Assembly (NCBI GenBank): GCA_013239625.1
Contig: MU054187.1
Coordinates: forward strand, 10,871,231-10,935,230
From: Lama guanicoe
Lineage: Eukaryota
Reading direction: 5' to 3'
Length of the DNA: 64,000 bases
This document shows, one piece after another, positions 13,301-23,547 of this stretch. A program made the translations under genes and the position numbers. Within the stretch, counting starts at the first letter, position 1. The number at the start of each line of letters is the position of its first letter. Under the pieces are notes generated by a model. It was not told the origin of the DNA and did no database searches. It saw only the letters and a list, made by a program, of their open reading frames with translations.

Positions 13301-13568
13301 ACCAAAACTTCATTCGTAAAAACTTCCTTGCTTTTGGATGTAACATTTTCAGGCTTATCTCATACCTATGATCCAGAGCTATGATGCTTGTGGACCAGAC
13401 CTCAAAAAGTTTTCATGAAAATGCTTCTAAATACTCAATTTCCAGATTATCTGAATTTTCTAGAGGCATTTATAAAATGCAGTGCTATTTGCATTTATCA
13501 CACATTTTAATTGTAATACATTTCACTGAAAACTCATATTTTATATTTACAAAAAGCTATAGCATTCA

Positions 13569-14850
13569 CAACTGGACATTCACATGCAGAAAGATAAATC
13601 TAAGCACAGACCTTACATGTTTCACAAAAGTTAACTTAAAATGGAATTATGGATCTAAATAAGAAATGCAAAACTGTAAAACCCCTAGAGGGTAACCTAG
13701 CAGGAAACCTAGGTGACCTGGAGTGCGGTGATGCCTTTTTAGATACAGGACCAAAGACATGAAAAAACATAACTGATAAGCAGAACTTCATTAAAACCCA
13801 AGACTTCTGCTCTGAGAAGCACAATGTCAAGAAAATGAGAAGACGAGCCACAGACTGGGAGAAACTAACTTCAAAGACATACTTGGTAAAGGACTGTTAC
13901 CAAAACACACAAAGAACTGTCAAATCTCAACAATAAAAACTCTAAACACTCAATTTAAAAATGGGCCAAAGACCTGAACAGACACCTCACCAAAGAAGAT
14001 ATACAGATGGCAGGTAAGCATGTGAAAAGATGTTCCACATCATGTGTCATCAGGGAAATGCAAATGCAGATGATACACCATACACACCTGTTAAAATACC
14101 CAGAGTCTAGAACTCTGAACACCAAATGCTGATGAGAATGTGGAGCAACAGGGACTCTCAGTCACTGCTGTTGAGAATGCACAATCGTATAGCCACTTTA
14201 CAGATAATTTGTTGCTTTCTTACAAAACTAAACAGACTTTTACCACGGGATCCAGGACCCATTCTCGTTGGTATTTACCCAAATGAAGCAACGAACATGT
14301 CCTTCAGTAGGTGAGTGGATAAATAAACTGTGGGTACATGCAGACAATGCACTGTTATTCACTGTTTAAAAGTAAATGAACTATCAAGCCATGAAAAGAC
14401 ATGGATGAAACTTAAATGCATATTACTAAGTGAAAGAAGCCAATCTGAAAAGGCTAAACGTATGATTACAATTATATGACATTCTGGAAAAGACAAAACT
14501 ATGGAGACAATAAAAAGATCAGTGGTTGCCAGAGGGAGAGTGGGTCAAAAGAGATGGATAGACAAAGCACAGAGGATGATAAAGCAGTACAAACAGCATT
14601 ATGATGAATATATGTCCAACCCCATGGAATCTACAGCACCAAGAGTGAACCCTAATGTAAACTATGGACTTTGGGTGATTGTAATACATTGGTGCTGCTT
14701 CATCAGTTGTAACAAATGGTACCCTGGTGGGAGATGTTGATAATGGGGGAGGCTACACATTTTTGGGGGGAGGTGGGTCATGGGACATCTCAGCACCTTC
14801 CTCTCAGTTTTACTGTGAACCTTAAACTGTTTCTAAAAATTGTTTTAATA
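13569..14850 (+). mobile_element. 5'-truncated L1 (L1MC-like) with 3' UTR
   Basis: ORF2 tail (agacacctcaccaaagaagatatacagatggca), then 3' UTR with aagagtgaaccctaatgtaaactatggactttgggt and an A-rich end. Confidence 0.9.
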
Positions 14851-16599
14851 AAATTTTAAAGCAAATCAAAACAAAATACACCCATTATTTATGAGATGGT
14901 TTACTATATCACTATAAATTATGCTAACTTACTGCTTATTTGTTTAAAGATTTGTTTTTGCCTGTAGAAAGGATAATTCTAACAGCGAAAGAAGAGAACT
15001 CACAAAACTGATCGTGATTGTTATCATAGGAGATAAAAAGCCTTCTTTCAGACCCAGCATATGATTGATTTTGTTTGCAAATGATAAAATAAAAGAACAC
15101 CTCCCTATTTTTTAAAAGCTTTGTTGGCTTATTTAAGTATATAGGTAAAAACAAACTCAGCAACTTGTTATCCCTTTGGCCCATCAAAATATAACTATTT
15201 CTTAATGTTTACCAAATGACTTTGTGCCTTAAAAGTAAAAACTTCATGGAGATATTTGTTACTTTCTTTTTTTAAAATGAGTCGAATCAAGCAAGATCCA
15301 AAGCTGCCCAAAATTGATATTTCTTCCCTTATTTCTAAACCTTTAATTTTAGTTTTAGGAAATGACTTGTTGAACAGAAAATTAATGCCAGCGGTTCAAT
15401 TATTATCTCAGTGATTATGGATTTCTTTTTCTCTTCTGTACTAGCTTTTTGTGCTTAGTTAAGTCCAGCAGCAGCTGCTGCTGCTTACAGCAACTTGGTC
15501 ACGTTCAGTCAGATTATTTTTGAGTGTCCACTTTGTGCAAGGAACCATGGAACTAACTAAAGAAAAAATAAAACCTTATCTAGGCTGCAGTCTCTTAGGC
15601 TAGATGTGAAAGATACACCAATGACTGTGATTCAAAACCTGACCTAATTGTCAATATTCTGTATCAATTTTAAGTCATTTTTATTAATGAAAAATATTGT
15701 ACACCAACATTTTAGTCAATTATCCTAACAGATGAATAGGTGTTTATATTTAAGCCAATTTTCTGGTCACTAGAGGATTGCTAGATAGCTAAAAAGAAAA
15801 CTGCCCAGGGTAAACACTTCTGCTTAGGATGAAGGGACCTGAACCCTCTGTCACAACTAACCAGCACACTTTGAAAGAGGCGTCATAAAAACATCAAGTC
15901 TATTTGACCGCTTTAATTCAGCTAAACAAAATCAGAGGAGAAAATAAAATGCCTCTCTGACACAACACATTTAGCAAAGCAGACATTTCCGGTGGCATTC
16001 ATCTAGTAATTTAGAAATCATTGAAAGCTCAGAAAGTAAGGAAGATAATAGTGCCAATATTAAAGAGATAATCAAGGAAAATCATTTTAATTTAAAATCA
16101 GCCCTCTTAATTTAAAGCATAAACTTATGTAAAAGACATCAGTTTTTTTTTTCCTACATGTCAATATACAGCTACTTATTTAGTCTTAAAGATGTGTTTT
16201 TTGAACCTCCATTAAAAATTGTCTTTGAGTCTAACTACCAGGTCGTCTAACACAGGAGAATTATAAAATTTTCCTCAGCTCAATGGTTCAAAAAATAGGA
16301 GGATTTAAGGAGGTTTTTATTGGAAAAGAATAAATGCAGCTATGCATATTTGAAGGGCAATCCCATGGAAGAAAAAATATACTTATTTTTGTTGCTCCAC
16401 AAAGCAGCGCTGGCACTAAGCTGAAGGACACACAGGCTTTACTTGAACAAGAAAGGACAGTGGGACAGTTGGAGTGGTGGAAAGTGGGAAGGTCTGAGTC
16501 CCACAGGTGTGAGCGCGCTGTTGCTCAAACTACCCAAGAAGCTGCTAAATAACCATCTAGTCTGTGTGGAGTAAGAGACTGGGCGAGATGACCCGGTGG

Positions 16600-16694
16600 G
16601 CAGACCTTCCGGGACTGTGAGGAAGGCATTTCTGTTGGTCATAAGCCACCCAGTCAGCGGTGTTTTGTCACAGCAGCCCAAATGGACTAAGACA
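16600..16694 (+). mobile_element. MLT1 (MaLR) LTR 3' fragment
   Basis: taagccacccagtc...tttgtcacagcagccc...gactaagaca terminus. Confidence 0.75.
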
Positions 16695-17649
16695 ATATTG
16701 TGTCCATCTTTCTGTGCTATGAATAGAGCTCAGAACTGAGCTTGAATCCGTACATCTACCGCTTGCTGAGCCAGTTCTTCCAGCCAAACAGTCGGGTTCC
16801 TCAGTGTATCGGTGGGTTCTTTTAGAGTTCCCAAGGATTCAGGGCTTGTGCTCCCAACTCTGGCCTGGGTTTCTGGTTTCCCAAAGAAGTGAGAAAGATG
16901 CTTTCCCTTGTTGAAGACAGATCATAGGAGCTTGATAACCTTCCTTACTCTGTTCACTCAGTGGTCATGCCCCCCAGGTACAGGATTAGAGCTGGCTGCT
17001 TTGGCACCATTACGATGATGGAGAGTAGGCTCCTGTCCTTCCTGGTCAAAAGCTCTCCCTTTCTGTCTTATCTCCACAATTTCCTGATGTTAAATAACAA
17101 AAATTCAACTGAGTAAATCTGAAAGATCTAATTGGCTTTATTGAACAATTCATGATTTAAACAGCATTCCATCCAGCAAATGGAAAACAGCTTGGAGGAG
17201 CTGTACGTAATGGTGGAAGGCTTTTGTAGGTGGGAGGGGGAAGGGAGAAAGAGAAAGCAGATTACCTCATTTTCCTTTAGGGATGGAGAGGAGCTATGTG
17301 GCAGATTATCACATCAGTGCCAACTAGAAAATTCCAGACTGACTGGTTAAGATTACACCGTAGAGGAGGCTGAAATAGAAATTAAGTTAGGTATTAAGTT
17401 TAGGTTGGGTGTCCTGGACTTCAGCACAAGAGACTTTGGGGCTTGTTGATCCTTTTAAACAGTTCCTCTCTTTTGATCAGAATCTCAGCTTAACTGAGAG
17501 ATGTGATAAAAACGTAAAGCAGCAGTGCCACTCTCAGCTTTGTCTGTCCTTTGTGTGGTGTCCGTAGGTTATGATGTTTCTGCTTAGTCCCTGTGATATT
17601 CACAGGGTACAGCTTCAGGTTCACAATCTCTAAGTCTGTCATTCTGTTG

Positions 17650-18506
17650 TTCCTATTCTGCTATTATGGAGATCATTGGCTTGGTGGTTAGTGGCTGTGA
17701 ACATGCATTTAAAGCTTTTGAGAGACTACAGCACACCAGGGAGATTTCTATGATTACAATAAGGTGGATCATTCCCAGTGGCTGGGGTACACTCTGGAGT
17801 CATGGTCCCAAGAACCAAACCAATCAGAATCAAATAAGTCAAAGAAAGACCCTGATGAAGGAGTCACCTTTTTAAGCCAAGTTGCTTGCTCAGTGATCTT
17901 GTGTAACTGAGCCTCAACTTCTTCAGAAGTGCCAGTCCGGGTAGAGCAGGTGGTGTGGCTACAACAGACACCCCCTTGCTCAGCTAAAGGATAATCACGG
18001 ACTATCCTATTACCAAGAACGACAGTCTTTGGCCAGAGCTTCTAAGGATCTTTGTTAGGCATCTATTTTCTTAACAGTGGATTCAGCAGGATGATCAGGC
18101 AAGTAGGGTCCCGTCAAAAGAAGTGAATCCTGAAACAGAATGCCTCCTAGTAATTACTATTTGAATCTGTGGCTCAGAACTGGAAAGATGACAGCTGTGG
18201 AGGCCAGTAAATTTTAAGACTGGAGACCACATAGGAAGTTTTATTCTGATTAACCTTGCCTTGTGTCCCTTTCTTTGCATAAAGCATGAATACAGAGCTT
18301 CCCAAGTTTGGGATGTTAACTGCAGACAAGGAAATGGACCAAGGGGTCTCTAACATCATGGACAAATCAGAGGGTTTTTTTTTGATGACAAATCCAGCAG
18401 CCTGAAAGTTTACTCCCATTAGCAATGTCCTCGAGGTACAGATGGGGGCATTATCTTTCCAGGTCAATGCCAGAGTAAAGGAAAGAAAAAGGAGAAAGTG
18501 TTTCAT
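17650..18506 (-). pseudogene. env remnant of provirus 2 (frameshifted, internally deleted)
   Basis: Signal-peptide-like MKHFLLFLSFTLALTWKDNA. CWIC motif at 18388-18399. TM region VVLGNRIVRDYPLAEQGGVCCSHTTC...EEVEAQLHKITEQATWLKKV at ~17860-18030. Confidence 0.85.
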
Positions 18507-18559
18507 GTTTAGTTAAAGTATGAAATCTAGATCTGGCATCTTAGGCCAAAGCAGTCTAC

Positions 18560-18756
18560 TCTGATGGCAGCCACTTCTCTTTCTAGTCTGTTTAATTTGG
18601 AGGTCCCCAGTGTTTGCAAAGAGCCAGATGTTAAGTGGAGCCTTTTTCATCTGTGAGATGTGTATCCAAGGTTCAGGTCCCTGCAGTTTGGCTGTCATCT
18701 GGGTAGTGAACATGACCTGGTATTGTCCCTTCCAAGAAAATTCAAGGGCAGTCTTT
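18560..18756 (-). pseudogene. Integrase C-terminal remnant of provirus 2
   Basis: Reads KTALEFSWKGQYQVMFTTQMTAKLQGPEPWIHISQMKKAP (GPY-type module). Confidence 0.85.
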
Positions 18757-21700
18757 GTTCTTAGAGACTGAAATAGTTTGAAGATTTGTAGGCAGATATT
18801 TGAGGAAACTAGAAAAATTCAGGATCCAGTCCAGTCTAGATATATAACAAAATCTCAAGGACAACAGGATTAGAATATAATACAGATAAAGGTGCAAACA
18901 TAATTTTTTTCTACAATTGCCCCCATTTTCATTAAAGATAATCATGGTAAAACTGACTTATTTGCGTTAAACTTGGCCTAATTATTTACATAAGTGCAGC
19001 AAGAATAATGATTTTAAGTAGTCCCAGATTGAACTCTTAAAAACTTCTTGAGGTCAGGAAGCCACGCCAAAGTCCAAGCAGTTCCTTAAAGTTGTCTGGT
19101 CATATCTGAGTCTATGAATCTCTCTCTCTCAAGTATGATATTCCAGCCAAAGCCTTGGTAATACACACAGTGATTCTAATTGTCCTGTTACAAGGAGAAC
19201 AGATTTTTTTGAACTTATGTGAATAACTAACTATAATTATTATAGTTATTATATTGCCAAGAAAAGAATACTCGAGGGTTTCCAAATTTTGGAGGGTCAA
19301 GTAAGGAGAAAAAGTAAATGTTTCTTCTTTATTTACAAAGGTATATTTTATCAAATTGCTGTAAGTCATAGATAGGTTAAGAGAAAAACTTTAAGTCTGG
19401 AAACTCAAAACATTAAGGAACCAACATCATCTCCTCTGTTCATTCAGTTCTACATTATAAATTCTTGTTCTGCTTGAATCAGGATTTTTTTTATTAGTTC
19501 TGGAAATTCTTTCCCAGATAAGTTTTATAATCTTAAAGTTACCAGAAACCTATTATCAAAAGCCCTTTCCATGAATCTTCTTGAAGATGAAGCACTTTTG
19601 TAAGAACACTTTTGCGAAAGCATCTCGGTAAAACAGTAACTATAGATGACAAAAGACTTAAAATGGTTTTGGTTAAAAATCTGATGAGAGTTCATTATAA
19701 TGCAATTGACAAGGAAATTTGCTAATTTGTGATGTACATTTTAAGATAAAAAATGGAATTATGCCTGATAATATTATATCAGGACATACCAGATTTCGAG
19801 GAAGCTTACAGAATTTGTGGAATGCTTATAATATATACCTATTTAGACACAACCTAAAGGATTAGTATTATTTCTTATTTGACAATGCTTTCAATGTAAG
19901 TTACCATATGAAATAAGTCTGATTTGTTTAATCTCTCCCTGTGTACAAGGAGAGAGAACGAATCTTTAGAGATGTCCCAGGAGCCCTCTGGAAAATTTCA
20001 AAATCAGTTCAAGGTCAAAAAATACTAATTTAGAATTCAATTTTGGGAAGTTTGTCAATAATATCAAAAGGTTATAAAACATTTGGTCAAATAGGATCAT
20101 AGGTCATTCTGAAACAGTTATCCATTTAACCTTGGTGACAAAGATTTTGCAGGTAAATACAGAAAGTTTAATAATTTTAACTAAAACTTAGCTCTTTTAG
20201 TAGAAGAGACTCAGTTTTCTTAAGTAATCCAAGGCCTGATAAAAACAACAAGGAACATAGGTAATTATTTTGACAAGACACAAGACTCGTGTTTTGTCTA
20301 AGCAGATTACTTGAAAAGGTAACGAAACACTTCACAATCTATTCTGAAGAGCAGACCAATAGTTCAGAATTAGTTGGTTTTTTCAACAGAGAGAAAACCA
20401 AATTCTGGTTTTGTACCAGATTACTTTTGATATTAAAACTTATTTTTAACTCAAACTTACTTAATTTTAGCTAGCTTGGTCACACGTAAAATTCTTTTTC
20501 CAAGCTTCCTCTCTCATATACCTTTTATGGCCTTTTTCTGGCATATAGGGATGTTTCCCTTATTACTTTTAGAGGCTTTTATTACATATATTAGAATTTT
20601 TAATCCTTAAAAGCCTTATTTTTAATGAAAATAGGGGAGGAAACACTTATAAACCATTTTTTATGTTAGCATTTGGAGGCTTGGCAAATCTATAAATACT
20701 TCTTATAAATTCTAGAAACATATGCTTTCTAATAGACAATTACTCAATGTGACATAAAAGATATTTACTAATAGACCCAAATATTTTCAATTCTGTTAAA
20801 GAAAACCAAAAGTGGATAAAGCTGTGTTTAGTAATTAGTGTTTTCATGTTTTATCTTACTGGGAAATCATTTAGATATTCAGTGAATTTAACTCATCATT
20901 TGACTCAATGTATTAAAATTTTGAGGTTCCAGTTTACTAAAAGATTTGGGAAAACTATTTGAAAAGTTCACCTAAAATTTTTGTATCCTACTTAACATCA
21001 ATTTCATTTCATTTACTTGTTTTTAGCAACTATATTTAGATTACCCACAAAAACTTCATGAGACATTAAACAAACCCAGCCATCGTCTCAAGCTAATTTT
21101 TTTTGCTGACAAATTTAGTAAGCAATAACATGAACTGATTTGATTAATAAACCCAGGTGAAATAAGTGTTGTATGTCTGCATTAATATTAATCGTAGCGG
21201 TCTCTAAAGACATCTATTTTAATTAAATCAACACATTTAAACTAAGTTTAATACTGAATGTTTTTCTCCAGATCACATGAACCTGAAAAGCATTTGGGTT
21301 AAATCTCTGTTATAGTTCTTGGAATTTTATGAATACTTCTTATAAACGGTTGATTTTCTTTAAGCCAATTAAATAGAGCTCTTTTACAAATTAAAGTAAT
21401 ATCATCTAGAGGTAGAATATACTATACATCTACAACACACATATGGACACACATGCATATGCACACAGGCAGATGCAGAGATTTTATAGCTGCATTTTAA
21501 AATTTCTGCCATGAATCAGGTACAATGATTAAAAAAAAAACTCGCTAGTTAAAAAAGGACAGTTGAAGCAAGTTAAGTTTATCTGCTCAAATAGCTAGAG
21601 CTTTTATTTTACAAATATTTGTGAAGACACATGATTTTTTATTTGCCTGTATTTCAAATGAACTTTCCCCCTTTCATTCTCCTTTTGATAAGAATTATCT

Positions 21701-22799
21701 CCCTGAAGTTTTTAGAATATTCACATCTCAAAGGCACAAGGAAGGAATGCAAGTAACAAGTGTTTTAAGATAAATAGGTGAGACTTTGGGACTGGTAGGA
21801 TTAGGTGAACTTTGAATTGCCTCTAGAGCTGCATTTTCTAGTTTTGCAAATATTTGTAAGATAGAGACGTTTGCTTTTAATTCCTCAAAGAACTGAGTTG
21901 TAGCCTGGGTGGTGACACACCTATCCACCTATGTTGGAATGTTTTTCTTTCCCTCTAGATACATTTAGCATAGAGAAGGACTAAAAGAAAACTCCTATTA
22001 GGCTCTGAATATTAGCTTATCATTTGATTCAGTTTCTGATCATAGAGTTATTAAATCCTTTTAGATATCTTGTCAGATTTCAGCTGGGACAAACAGTAAA
22101 TGTTTCTAACAGTATTAAGCAACTCCACAGACTAAGAGGCATCCTCAGAGAGGTGCAAAGGTTACTACCTTCCCAAAATCCAGAGTCACTCCCAAAGATA
22201 GCCGAAAGAAGGAACCTATAGCTTGCATATTCTAGGCAGGCAGAAATCCAAACCAAACTCTTATGACACAAAATGGGCCAAACTAGAAGGCAGTAGCTAC
22301 CCCAGGAGAGGAAGGATCAATAACCAATGGGTCAGATTTGGAAAAGAAGGGGCGATGTGAAATTTTAATTTCCTCTCCCAATAGGGCACCACAGAGAGAC
22401 TTGGGAGAGCTGATTCTGGTAAGAATTTTCGTCTCTTGCTGCTTCTGCCCATTTCTTCATGAAGCCATCTGTAGATGCTGAGTGGGACTTAAAGTGGAGA
22501 GTGTAGCTCTGATATTACTAGAATTTGGCAATGTACTTTATTCATTTTAATTTTAGTTTCCCCTTGACTGTTTAAGGGAATAACGTAACAGTTTACCAGA
22601 AAATCCCTTAGAGCCTCATCAATTCCAGAGAGGACCCAAATGAGAGTCCTCTTTTGAAGGTAGATATGGAGGTATCTGTAAGGCCATCAACTTGGCAGAC
22701 TTTTGTCTATAGTTTTCTTATCTCTCATTTTAGGTACTTCTTGCATATTTAAATTTTCATTAGCTTTTTGAAACAAAACTTTCATTGAAGCCAGTTCAG

Positions 22800-23030
22800 A
22801 ATCTTGAAGCCTTTTGGAAATTCCTGCATACCAGTTAAAATAGATATCCCATTCTGTTTGTTTCATTTGGGAACTCTTAAGTGCACTTCTTAAATGATCT
22901 TATCTAATTGGGATGTTCCCCATAACGGCCATTGTAATTCTATGTTGTTTTTAGTAAGATTTTGCCACTTTGCTAGATATCTACAGCTTCTGGGACTGTA
23001 ATCTTAGACATAAAATAAGCAGGTGTGCCA
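22800..23030 (-). pseudogene. gag matrix remnant of provirus 2
   Basis: YLAKWQNLTKNNIELQWPLWGTSQLDKII / LRSALKSSQMKQTEWDIYFNWY, a gamma-like MA WPxxGS/T pattern with a frameshift. Confidence 0.7.
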
Positions 23031-23529
23031 GAAGATGGTACTTGCACTCTTTAGAAATTAAAGGTTCCCTCTCTTTCAGCTAGCCTTTGTCTACACACAA
23101 CAAGACAAATGAACACGTGCCCCTTAATACACCAGCGGTAACCAAGGAGGTGTTACTATGGACTGGCCAATAGAAGTCCATGTGTACTACCAGCAACTTC
23201 CAGCATGGAAGCCAGCAGACTTCAGTAAATGGCGTCGGCAGACTCTAAGTGGGGAAAGGGATTCCAAACAACTGGGGAACTGCAGATTGAACCAGGGGTC
23301 AGGGATGTGAGTTCTGGATGGAACTGTCTGCTAGCTCACACTAACTCTAAGCCCTAGACTAAAAAGCCAGTTTAGATCAGGAGCTAGACAAAAAAAGACT
23401 GGAGCTCACAACCAAGAGGAAATTTACCCACAGCCCTCAGAAATGGTAAGAAAGTTAGTGAACCCATTGTTTTTGGGTACCCTGCCTGCATTTCTTATTG
23501 TCCCTGAATGCCATCAGAGGTTCAATTGG

Positions 23530-23547
23530 ATTCTATTGCTGCCACCA
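23530..23547 (-). promoter_or_regulatory. Primer-binding site, tRNA-Leu type
   Basis: The - strand reads TGGTGGCAGCAATAGAAT, 4 nt after the 5' LTR. 14/18 match to TGGTGGCAGCGGTGGGAT, the complement of the recalled tRNA-Leu(AAG) 3' end. Confidence 0.7.

Noticed and set aside
12932..14850. Single L1 with a twin-priming 5' inversion
   Set aside because: The two pieces overlap in L1 coordinates, are diverged from each other and are separated by unrelated sequence.
15466..15483. (CAG)3(CTG)3 palindrome; likewise the AT palindrome at 24761-24778
   Set aside because: Short, low-complexity palindromes expected by chance.
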